Part shown: piece by piece, positions 50,245 through 58,455 of the stretch | Layout: each line of letters starts with the position of its first letter | How positions within the stretch are numbered: position 1 is the stretch's first letter | Origin: a bacterium | Lineage (GTDB): Bacteria > Sysuimicrobiota > Sysuimicrobiia > Sysuimicrobiales > Kaftiobacteriaceae | Assembly (NCBI GenBank): GCA_036004445.1 | Contig: DASYRL010000012.1 | Location: 23,853 to 87,852, forward strand | DNA length: 64,000 nucleotides | Direction of reading: 5' to 3' | Made by a program: the position numbers and the translations under genes | The notes under the pieces: generated by a model | Seen by the model: only the letters and a program-made list of their open reading frames with translations | The model's database searches: none | Told to the model about the DNA's origin: nothing

Positions 50245-51066
50245 ATGAGAAGCCGAGGCATCGTATGGTGGGCACTCCTGCTGGCCGTGGCCCTGGCCGT
50301 CGTCGGGTGCCAGCGGCAGCAGGCGGAGCAGCCTGCACCGGCTCCCCAGCCGGCGTCGCAGTTGCCGGACCTGGGTGGGCGGACGGTCCGGGTCGCGACG
50401 GATGCAACCTATCCGCCGTTCGAAATGCTCGACGCGAGTAAGACCATCATCGGATACGACATCGACCTGATCACCGAGGTCTGCAAGCTCGTCAACTGTA
50501 AGCCCGACATCAAGAGCACCGCCTGGGACGGGATCTTCCCGGCGTTGCAGAAGGGCGACTACGACGCCGTGATCTCCGGGGTGACCATCACCGCGGAGCG
50601 CGACAAGACCATGGACTTCAGCGATCCGTACATCGAGGTGGGGCAGGTCGTGCTCGTGCGCGCCGACGAGACCCGCATCACCGGGGTCAACGATTTAACC
50701 GAGCGGACCCTCGCCGTCCAGCGCGGCACGACCAACGACGAAGCCGCGACCAAGATGCAGAAGGAGGGGAAGGTCAAGGAGGTCAAGCGCTTTCCGACCT
50801 TCGACCTGGCGGTGAAGTCGCTGCTCAACGGCGACGTCGACGCCGTCATCATCGACAACACGGCTGCGTCCGGCTACATGGGGACCAATCCGGACAAGCT
50901 GAAGATCGCCGGTGACAAGTTCACCAGCGAGGGGCTGGGCATTGTCGTCCGCGAGGGCGACAAGGAGCTGCAGGGCGCATTTAACGCCGCGCTGAAGACG
51001 CTGAAGGAGAACGGGACGCTGGACCGGCTCTACCAGAAGTGGTTCGTCGAGTATAAGCCGTCTTAA
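50245..51066 (+). CDS. amino-acid ABC transporter substrate-binding protein (family 3)
   Basis: Signal peptide, [17 protein letters not shown] motifs. Confidence 0.88.
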   Translation: MRSRGIVWWALLLAVALAVVGCQRQQAEQPAPAPQPASQLPDLGGRTVRVATDATYPPFEMLDASKTIIGYDIDLITEVCKLVNCKPDIKSTAWDGIFPALQKGDYDAVISGVTITAERDKTMDFSDPYIEVGQVVLVRADETRITGVNDLTERTLAVQRGTTNDEAATKMQKEGKVKEVKRFPTFDLAVKSLLNGDVDAVIIDNTAASGYMGTNPDKLKIAGDKFTSEGLGIVVREGDKELQGAFNAALKTLKENGTLDRLYQKWFVEYKPS

Positions 51067-51073
51067 CGGCGGC

Positions 51074-51913
51074 ATGGATCCCACGCCGTCCGGTCCGGTG
51101 CCGGAGCTGACCGAGCACCCCGGCCGCGGCCGGCTGGTCTCGGTCGCCTTGCTGGAGAGGGCCCCCTGGTGGGCCCTCGTCCTGCTTATCGGCGGCATCG
51201 CCGCGGTCACGGCGATGTTGCGTTCGCCGGTGTACGTGGAGACCTACGACTTCCTCGCGCCGGCGATCCTCGTCACGCTCCAGCTCGCCGTGTACGCCTA
51301 CGTGGTGGCGATGCTGCTGGGGCTGATCGCGGCGCTGGGGCAGATCTCCAAGAACCCCTTCGTCTCCACGCCCGCCCGGCTGTACGTCGAGGTGATCCGG
51401 GGCGTCCCGCTGCTGGTGCAGATCATCTACATCGCCTTCGTGCTGACGCCGGCGCTCGCCGATCTGTTTCGCGGCGCAGGCCTGGCGTCGGTCGGCCTAT
51501 GGTTCCGCCGCGACATCGTGCGCGCCGTGCTGGCCCTGGGCATCGGCTACGGCGCGTACCTGGCGGAGGTGTACCGGGCGGGGATTCAGTCGATCGGCAG
51601 GGGCCAGACCGAGGCCGCCCGCTCGCTGGGGATGACGCCGTGGCAGACGATGCGGTACGTCGTCCTGCCCCAGGCGATCCGCGTGATCCTGCCGCCGCTG
51701 GGGAATGACTTCGTGTCCATGCTGAAGGACTCATCGCTGGCGTCGGTGATCTCGGTGCAGGAGCTCACCTACAGCGGTCAGCTGCTCAACGCGCGAACGT
51801 TCCGCTCATTCGAGACGTACAACATGGTGGCGCTGTTGTACCTGATCATGACGTTGGCCGGGTCGCTCGGCGTGCGTGGGCTGGAGCGGTGGGCGTCGAG
51901 GGGGAAGCACTAA
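51074..51913 (+). CDS. amino-acid ABC transporter permease (His/Glu/Gln/Arg family)
   Basis: EAA loop region EAARSLGMTPWQTMRYVVLPQA. Confidence 0.88.
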   Translation: MDPTPSGPVPELTEHPGRGRLVSVALLERAPWWALVLLIGGIAAVTAMLRSPVYVETYDFLAPAILVTLQLAVYAYVVAMLLGLIAALGQISKNPFVSTPARLYVEVIRGVPLLVQIIYIAFVLTPALADLFRGAGLASVGLWFRRDIVRAVLALGIGYGAYLAEVYRAGIQSIGRGQTEAARSLGMTPWQTMRYVVLPQAIRVILPPLGNDFVSMLKDSSLASVISVQELTYSGQLLNARTFRSFETYNMVALLYLIMTLAGSLGVRGLERWASRGKH

Positions 51914-51931
51914 CGAGGACCGCGGGCGTCG

Positions 51932-51963
51932 CCATGAACCCGAGCGCAGCGAGTGGTTCATGG
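51932..51963. repeat. REP-like 32-nt hairpin, copy 2, sharing the CCA of tRNA-Val
   Basis: ccatgaacc-cgagcgcagcgagt-ggttcatgg; stem carries an A:T pair where copy 1 has C:G. Confidence 0.8.
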
Positions 51964-52037
51964 TGGGCGGTAGAGGACTTGAACCTCTGACCTCATCCAT
52001 GTCAAGGATGCGCTCTAGCCAGCTGAGCTAACCGCCC
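51961..52037 (-). tRNA. tRNA-Val (anticodon GAC)
   Basis: Reverse complement GGGCGGTTAGCTCAGCTGGCTAGAGC...anticodon loop TTGACAT...GGTTCAAGTCC...ACCGCCCACCA. Confidence 0.9.
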
Positions 52038-52090
52038 CCCCGGCCTTCTATTATACGTGGTGGATGGCGAGCCGTGAACCGAGGTGGCAG

Positions 52091-52636
52091 ATGACGAAAC
52101 GCATCATCGCAGTGCTGGTGTTGATGGTTGCGGCGGCGCCGGGGCTCAGCCGGGCCGGCGCCCCACCATACCCGCCGGACATCGCCCCAGCAAGGCAGAT
52201 CGGCCCCGGTTCCCACATCGGTCCGTGGACGCTGGCGATGGGTATTGGGGGGCTGCGCCGGGCGCTCGGCGAGCCGGCGTCATCGGCGCCCCGCCCGATG
52301 TTCGACCAGCAGGCCGGCTGGACGGGGTACGTCTGGACCGTCCCGGACGGCACCCTGACCGCCTGGGCCCGCGACGGCAAGACCATCGGCTACCTCGAAC
52401 TGCGCGACAGCCGCGCCTTCCGCACCAGCAAGTTGATTGGTGTGGGGTCCACGAACCTGGACGTCGAGGCCGCGTACGGACCGGCACCGGTCCGGACTTC
52501 CATCCCCGGGGCCTCGCGCTACATCTACAATGCCCTCGGGCTGGCGGTGTTCACCCAGGGAACGTCCAGCGGATTCATCGCCGTGGCCGTCGCCATCTTC
52601 CCGCCCGGCACCGCGGCGAAGTTCTGGAAGTTCTAG
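52091..52636 (+). CDS. secreted hypothetical protein, likely co-transcribed with the channel gene
   Basis: ATG 52091 behind GAGGTGG; signal peptide MTKRIIAVLVLMVAAAPGLSRAGA; stop abuts the next ATG (tagATG). Confidence 0.5.
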   Translation: MTKRIIAVLVLMVAAAPGLSRAGAPPYPPDIAPARQIGPGSHIGPWTLAMGIGGLRRALGEPASSAPRPMFDQQAGWTGYVWTVPDGTLTAWARDGKTIGYLELRDSRAFRTSKLIGVGSTNLDVEAAYGPAPVRTSIPGASRYIYNALGLAVFTQGTSSGFIAVAVAIFPPGTAAKFWKF

Positions 52637-53602
52637 ATGAAGCGTCTGCTCCTCGCGGCGATGTGCGCAGTGTACGCGGGCATGATCCCAGCCGCGCACG
52701 CGGCGGCCCCGGTTCCACCCGCGACCGTTGCGGACCCGGTGCAGGTGAGAGTCGGAACGTATCTCCTCAACCTCGGACGCCTCGACACGGGCACCGGCAC
52801 CTACACGATGGATGTGTACATCAGCATGACCTGCGATCGTCCGTGCGATCCGACGGCGTTCGAGATCATGAATGGCCGGGCGACGGAGCGCGTGATGGTC
52901 GACAATAAGCCGCGGCGGAAGGTCTTCCGGCTGCAGGCCTCGCTGTCCTCGGAGATGGACCTGCGGAACTATCCGTTCGATACGCACATGCTCGGGATCG
53001 TCATCGAAGACGGCAAGCTCGCCGCCGCGGGGGAGGTCGGACAGACCACCGATGATCAGATCTACCTCGTCGAGGCAGCGAAGAGCGGGATCGCGCCGAC
53101 GGTCCGCGTGGCGGGTTGGGAGGTCAACCACCTCTGGCGGGCCACCACCACCGACGTCTTCTACGCGCCGTTTGGCGAGACGTACTCCCGCTACCAGTTC
53201 GCCGTACGGATCTACCGCCCGGTGCTCAGCGCCGTCCTCAAAGTGGTCCTGCCCGCGATCTTTCTGGTCATCGTCGGGCTGGTCTCGCTGCTGCTGGCGC
53301 CGGATAAGGTCACCCAGCGTCTCACCGTGGGGACATCCGCCCTGGTCGGCTCCGTGCTGCTGCACCTCAATCTGACGTCGGCGATTCCACCGGTGGGGTA
53401 CCTGACGTTTGCCGACAAGTTCATGCTGTTTAACTACGTACCGCTGGTGCTCGCGATCGTCGCGAGCGTCGTCATGCTGTGGTTTACCGACCGCGCGCAG
53501 ACCGACCGCGCGCACCGCGTGCACGTGATCTCAGGGATTTCGATCCCGATCATCTGGGTTGTGCTCCAGGGGATGAACCTGCTGACTCTGGCCGCCCGCT
53601 AG
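52637..53602 (+). CDS. pentameric ligand-gated ion channel (Cys-loop receptor family) homolog
   Basis: Signal peptide, ~200-aa extracellular domain with the YPFD Cys-loop motif (NYPFDTHMLGIVI), then four TM helices with pre-M1 Y..RP..L, M2, and M3 YLTFADKFMLFNYVPLVLAI. Confidence 0.65.
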   Translation: MKRLLLAAMCAVYAGMIPAAHAAAPVPPATVADPVQVRVGTYLLNLGRLDTGTGTYTMDVYISMTCDRPCDPTAFEIMNGRATERVMVDNKPRRKVFRLQASLSSEMDLRNYPFDTHMLGIVIEDGKLAAAGEVGQTTDDQIYLVEAAKSGIAPTVRVAGWEVNHLWRATTTDVFYAPFGETYSRYQFAVRIYRPVLSAVLKVVLPAIFLVIVGLVSLLLAPDKVTQRLTVGTSALVGSVLLHLNLTSAIPPVGYLTFADKFMLFNYVPLVLAIVASVVMLWFTDRAQTDRAHRVHVISGISIPIIWVVLQGMNLLTLAAR

Positions 53603-54690
53603 ACGGCACCGACCCGGTTCCCGCCGGTGCCCTTCACCCGGTACATAGCCCGGTCCGCCGCGTCGAGGAGTTCCTGGCTGCTCGTACCGTCGCGCGGAAA
53701 CGAGGCCATGCCGATACTGGCCGTCAGCGTCATGCCTTCGAGCAGGGAGACGTCCTCGATGTTCGTCCGGATCCGCTCGGCCACGCGCGCGGCCTCGGCG
53801 CGGCTCGTCTGGGGGAGGACCACGACGAACTCGTCGCCCCCGAATCGCGCCACGAAGTCCGAGTCGCGGCTGGACCGCTGCAGGGCGGCGGCCAGCTGGC
53901 GCAGCAGGTCGTCGGCGCGCAGGTGGCCGTGGCGGTCGTTGATGTCCTTGAAGCCGTCGAGATCGACGACGACGACCACGAGCTGGGTATCATACCGGGC
54001 GGCGCGCTGGAGCTCGCGCTTCAGGTGCTCCCGCAGGGCCCGGCGGTTGCCGAGGCCGGTCAGTGGATCGGTCAGCGCAAGGCGGCTGATCTGCCGGATC
54101 TGGAACCGCATGCTGGAGAGCACCAGGGCGACGGCGTAGAACATCCCGATGTAACTGATCAGAAACGCTGCGGCCGTCTGCATGGCCCAGCGTGGGCCGC
54201 TGAACGGCACGACCCCGGCCTGGACGAGGATCGTCGAGGTTACCAGCAGGACCGTGCTGAGCGTCGCGCTGGCCAGGGCCGCGGCGGGTCCCCGCAGCAT
54301 CGCCTCGACAGCCATCGACAGCGCGTACACCCACACGAACGGACTCTGCACGCCGCCGGTGTACGTGATGCCGATCGACAGCAGCACGAGCGCCGCGACC
54401 ATGTGTGTCAAGGGCATCCAGGCCTGGTAGCGTCCTTCGCCGATCAGGCGCTCCTGGATGCGCGTGAAGGCCACCACCGCCGCCGCAATTCCGACGACCA
54501 GCCACAGCGGTACCGCGGCACCGGCGACCCGCGCCAGGAGAATGATGACGACGACGAGGCCGGTCGCACCCAGGGTCAGGCGCAGCCCGATGCGGTGGGC
54601 GAAGACAGGACTCTCCGCCGCGGCAAACCATGAGGCCGCCAGGGGGGAGGTTTCTTGATCCTCGGGGGGCTCGGGATCGCGCTCCCTCAC
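53599..54690 (-). CDS. membrane-anchored diguanylate cyclase (5-6 TM N-terminal domain + GGDEF)
   Basis: GGDEF signature RFGGDEFVVVL, upstream DLDGFKDINDRHGH; GTG 54690 start behind GGAAG chosen; ORF N-terminal extension to 55050 rejected as low-complexity. Confidence 0.78.
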   Translation of the reverse strand: MRERDPEPPEDQETSPLAASWFAAAESPVFAHRIGLRLTLGATGLVVVIILLARVAGAAVPLWLVVGIAAAVVAFTRIQERLIGEGRYQAWMPLTHMVAALVLLSIGITYTGGVQSPFVWVYALSMAVEAMLRGPAAALASATLSTVLLVTSTILVQAGVVPFSGPRWAMQTAAAFLISYIGMFYAVALVLSSMRFQIRQISRLALTDPLTGLGNRRALREHLKRELQRAARYDTQLVVVVVDLDGFKDINDRHGHLRADDLLRQLAAALQRSSRDSDFVARFGGDEFVVVLPQTSRAEAARVAERIRTNIEDVSLLEGMTLTASIGMASFPRDGTSSQELLDAADRAMYRVKGTGGNRVGAV

Positions 54691-54769
54691 ACTTCCGGTA
54701 TACCCATCCTGCGGACGACCGCAGACTCCAGGGCAGGGGGGCCGAACTCGGGCGTGAAACGGGTGGGGG

Positions 54770-55261
54770 ATGCGTGCCGTCGTACAGCGGGTCACCGAGG
54801 CGCGGGTCCGGGTCGCCGGCGAGACCGTGGCGGAGATCGGGCGGGGATACGTCGTCCTGGTGGGAGTGAGCACATCCGATGGTCCGCACGACGCCGGCGC
54901 GCTCGCCGACAAAGTCGCCCACCTGCGGGTCCTCAGCGACGACGCGGGAAAGATGAACCGCTCGATCCTCGATGCCGGCGGCGAGGTGCTTTCTGTCTCA
55001 CAGTTCACGCTGTACGGGGATACGAGCCGCGGGCGGCGCCCCAGTTTCATCGAGGCCGCCGCGCCGGCCGTGGCGGCGGTGCTTTACGAGCGGTTCAACG
55101 AGCGCCTCCGCGCGCTGGGGGTTCCGGTCCAGACCGGCGCGTTCCGGGCGATGATGTCAGTGGAAATCTACAACGATGGGCCAGTGACAATCTTGCTGGA
55201 TACTGCCGGGGAGAGTTCGGGATCAAGGGGATCAGAGGGATCAAAGGGATCCGCAGAATGA
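54770..55261 (+). CDS. dtd: D-aminoacyl-tRNA deacylase
   Basis: [22 protein letters not shown] motifs; C-terminal 15 aa ([15 protein letters not shown]) are encoded by a GGGATCAR tandem repeat. Confidence 0.85.
   Translation: MRAVVQRVTEARVRVAGETVAEIGRGYVVLVGVSTSDGPHDAGALADKVAHLRVLSDDAGKMNRSILDAGGEVLSVSQFTLYGDTSRGRRPSFIEAAAPAVAAVLYERFNERLRALGVPVQTGAFRAMMSVEIYNDGPVTILLDTAGESSGSRGSEGSKGSAE
55219..55252. repeat. tandem GGGATCARR x4 array forming the dtd 3' end
   Basis: gggatcaaggggatcagagggatcaaagggatcc. Confidence 0.8.
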
Positions 55262-55325
55262 AGAGCGACCGGGGGTACGATTGCCGATCCCCGTGATCGC
55301 CTTGATCCCTATGATCCCGCAGTCG

Positions 55326-55874
55326 TCAGTCGACCGTAAAGGTGAAATCGGGGGCCGGGAACCGCAGGAACCCGACCTGCACCGCCCACTCCAGCGTGTT
55401 TGTCCCCCGCACGAGCGGCAGGGTGATGCCGAAATTCCCCCGCGTCACCGAACCCCGCGCCATGCTCTTGGCCTCGACGTGATTGACGATCACCGTGGCC
55501 GTGGGGTGGGACTTGATCGTCAGTGCGCCGGTCACTGCCGCCGCCATCTTCGTCAGGTCCAGGTCGATGCTCAGCCATTCCACGTACTTGGTGGCGCCGC
55601 GGGGCAGGTCGAATCTCAGCCGCCGCGTCTGTCCGTCGCTGACCGCGATCAGCGAAATCGGCAGCGTCCCGTTCACCACAAAGGTGCCGTTGTCGTTCGC
55701 GTGCGCAGTAGTCCCCGCGACGGCGATAACCGTGCCCGGCCGCGTCGTCCCGCGGACCTCCACGGTACCCGAGGCCGCCGTGTACTTGAGATCCACCGCC
55801 AGCGGCAGTGGAGTCTGTCCGATCGCCGGGGTCGCCAACAGCAGGGCCACCAGCACCAGCACGATCACCCGCAT
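55326..55874 (-). CDS. secreted hypothetical protein
   Basis: ATG 55874 behind GGAGGAG; signal peptide MRVIVLVLVALLLATPAIGQ; upstream part of track ORF (to 56228) rejected. Confidence 0.55.
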   Translation of the reverse strand: MRVIVLVLVALLLATPAIGQTPLPLAVDLKYTAASGTVEVRGTTRPGTVIAVAGTTAHANDNGTFVVNGTLPISLIAVSDGQTRRLRFDLPRGATKYVEWLSIDLDLTKMAAAVTGALTIKSHPTATVIVNHVEAKSMARGSVTRGNFGITLPLVRGTNTLEWAVQVGFLRFPAPDFTFTVD

Positions 55875-56084
55875 CAATGGTCTCCTCCATGCCCGCGTTA
55901 TGGCCATCACACTCATATCACTACGCAGCGTCTCGTCGCCGAGTTCCAACAGTGCTTCAGTGTACGGGTCTGACAGCGGACCGCATAGGACCTGTGATAG
56001 CGGTGCCGCGCCGATTTGACAACAATCCGGAAATCGACGTATACTGACTTCTGATCGGCGAAGACGAGGACGAGTACGCTGCGT

Positions 56085-56392
56085 GCCGTTGCCCAGGAGA
56101 GAGGGGAGGATCCGGTGAGAGCTCCCTGGCGGTGCAGCTGAAGACCCCCTCCGAGCCGCCGCTTGAAACGTGAAAAGTGAATCGTGAATAGTGAATCGCA
56201 TCTGGAGTTTCCGGGTGGTCCGATTCACGAGTCACGATTCACGAGTCACGAAGTAAGGTTGGCCGTTTTCCCCGCGTGAAGGGGTTGCGAGCGCCGCCTT
56301 CGAACTGCGTGGGCGGAAGCAGGGTGGAACCGCGGGCCAGCCCCTCGTCCCTATGTGGACGGGGGTGTTTTGTTTTCCGGGGGAGGACGATC
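56085..56392 (+). promoter_or_regulatory. T-box riboswitch leader of thrS
   Basis: T-box sequence AGGGTGGAACCGCGG at 56321..56335; terminator hairpin cccctcgtcc/ggacgggg + U-tract at 56336..56376, ending 17 nt before the thrS ATG; 5' boundary and specifier loop not resolved. Confidence 0.7.
56169..56249. repeat. tandem-unit hairpin (GTGAATMG x3 / CGATTCAC arm) embedded in the thrS leader
   Basis: gtgaaaagtgaatcgtgaatagtgaatcg-loop-cgattcacgagtcacgattcacgagtcacg. Confidence 0.85.
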
Positions 56393-58315
56393 ATGGACCG
56401 CATTAGCATTACGCTGCCGGACGGCCGCATCCGAGAGTATCCCCGCGGCGTCACGCCCGCGGAGATCGCCCGCGATGTGGGCGTGCTCGATGCCATCGTC
56501 GCGAAAGTCGACGGGCGCCTGCGCGACCTCGCGGCGCCGCTGGACCGCAGTGCCGCCGTCGAGCTGCTCGACTTCGATGCTCCGGCGGGGCGCGAAGTCT
56601 ACTGGCACTCCTCGGCGCATCTGCTGGCCCAGGCGGTGAAAGAGCTGTTTCCGGAGGCCAAGCTGGCCATCGGGCCGCCGATCGAGCAGGGCTTCTACTA
56701 CGACATCGACATCGGCCGGCCGTTCGAGCCCGCCGACTTGGAGCGCATCGAAACGCGCATGCGCCAGCTGGCGGCGAACGACCAGCCCATCGAGCGGGTC
56801 GAGCTGCCGCGCGAGGACGCCATCCAAATGTACGAGGCGACGGGGGAGAAGTACAAGCTGGAGCTGCTGCGCGACGACATTCCTGATGCGCGGGTCTCCT
56901 TCTACCGGCAGAACGGATTCTCCGACATGTGCCGCGGGCCGCACCTGCCCCGCACGGGGGTGATCAAGGCGATCAAACTGCTCAGCACGTCCGGGGCGTA
57001 CTGGCGGGGGGACGAGCACCGCGAGATGCTCTCGCGCATCTATGGGATCACGTTTCCGCGCCCGGACCAGCTCGATGCGCACCTCCAGCTGCTCGAAGAG
57101 GCGCGCCGGCGCGACCACCGCCGGTTGGGCCGGGAGCTCAAGCTCTTTGCCTTCGCCGAGGAGCTGGGACAGGGACTCCCGCTGTGGCTGCCCCGGGGCG
57201 CCGTGGTGCGGCGCATCCTGGAAAACTACATCGTCGATCTGGAATCCTCACGCGGCTATCACCACGTGTTCGCACCGGACCTCGCTGCGGTGGAGCTGTA
57301 CAAGATTTCGGGCCACTGGGACTACTTCCGCGAGAACATGTACCCGCCGATGAAGGTGGACAACGAAGAGCTCGTGCTGAAGCCGATGAACTGTCCGCAC
57401 CACATCATGATCTACAAGCACGAGCAGCACTCCTACCGCGACCTGCCGGTGCGGATCGCCGAACTGGGGCGGATGTACCGGTATGAGAAGTCGGGCACGC
57501 TGACGGGGCTGCATCGCGTGCGCTCCATGACGCTGAATGACGCCCACATCTTCTGCCGGCCCGACCAGGTGAAGGAGGAGTTCGCCGGCGTCGTGCGGTT
57601 GATGCAAGACGTCTACCGTGACTTCCGGATCGAGGAGTATCGACTGGACCTGGCGGTGCACGACCCGGCGGATCGGCAGTACTACCATCAGGACGAGGAG
57701 CTCTGGATGCAGGCCGAGGGCCTGTTGGGCGAAGCGCTGGACGAGCTCGGGCTCCCGTATCAGCGGGACGTCGGCGGCGCGAACTTCTACGGCCCCAAGG
57801 TCGACGTGCAGATCAAAACGGCGGCGGGGAAGGTGGAATCGCTGTCCACGATCCAGATCGACTTCCTGCTGCCCCGGCGATTTGATCTGGAATACATCGG
57901 CGAAGACGGGAAGGCCCACCGGCCGGTGATCATCCACCGTGCGATCATCAGCACGATGGAGCGGATGATGGCGTTCCTCATCGAGCACTTCGCGGGCGAC
58001 TTCCCGCTGTGGCTCGCGCCCGAGCAGGCCCGCATCCTGCCCATCGCCGAACGGCATCTGGCGTACGCGCGGGAGGTCGCCGACGGCCTCGCCGCGCGGG
58101 GGGTGCGAGTGGAGGTCGACGTGAGCAACGAGCGGATGGGCTATAAGATTCGGCGCGCGGAAGTCGAGCACATCCCCTACATGCTCGTCGTCGGTGACAA
58201 GGAAGCCGCCAGCGGCCAGGTGGCCGTGCGCAGCCGATTCCGGGGCGACCTGGGGCCGATGCCGCTGGACGAAGTCGTCGCGAAGATCGCGCGCGAGGTC
58301 GAGACGAAAGCGTAA
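56393..58315 (+). CDS. thrS: threonyl-tRNA synthetase
   Basis: TGS domain, class II motifs (PMNCPHH, FRDLPVRIAELGRMYRYE, GGANFYGPKVD), anticodon-binding domain; GGGGGAGGA RBS. Confidence 0.95.
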   Translation: MDRISITLPDGRIREYPRGVTPAEIARDVGVLDAIVAKVDGRLRDLAAPLDRSAAVELLDFDAPAGREVYWHSSAHLLAQAVKELFPEAKLAIGPPIEQGFYYDIDIGRPFEPADLERIETRMRQLAANDQPIERVELPREDAIQMYEATGEKYKLELLRDDIPDARVSFYRQNGFSDMCRGPHLPRTGVIKAIKLLSTSGAYWRGDEHREMLSRIYGITFPRPDQLDAHLQLLEEARRRDHRRLGRELKLFAFAEELGQGLPLWLPRGAVVRRILENYIVDLESSRGYHHVFAPDLAAVELYKISGHWDYFRENMYPPMKVDNEELVLKPMNCPHHIMIYKHEQHSYRDLPVRIAELGRMYRYEKSGTLTGLHRVRSMTLNDAHIFCRPDQVKEEFAGVVRLMQDVYRDFRIEEYRLDLAVHDPADRQYYHQDEELWMQAEGLLGEALDELGLPYQRDVGGANFYGPKVDVQIKTAAGKVESLSTIQIDFLLPRRFDLEYIGEDGKAHRPVIIHRAIISTMERMMAFLIEHFAGDFPLWLAPEQARILPIAERHLAYAREVADGLAARGVRVEVDVSNERMGYKIRRAEVEHIPYMLVVGDKEAASGQVAVRSRFRGDLGPMPLDEVVAKIAREVETKA

Positions 58316-58455
58316 GCCGAACAGCCCATCTGAGGGATAGCGGGCCGGCGTGCCTCCTGGCACACTGTGTCCCGTACGAAATCGGCAGATGCCTGCGCGG
58401 ATCCGCGCGATACGGCAGCCGATTTCGTGCGGGACTGTGGCGTCAGGAGGAAGGC

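Noticed and set aside
52280-53524. 414-aa minus-strand ORF
   Set aside because: Antisense to the channel-homolog gene, which has a signal peptide, the YPFD motif and 4 TM helices on the plus strand.
53599-55050. Full 483-aa extent of the GGDEF ORF
   Set aside because: The first ~120 codons are low-complexity (P/R/S/T-rich), without RBS, and would overlap dtd's upstream region. I shortened to GTG 54690 behind GGAAG, just before the first TM helix. The true start remains uncertain.
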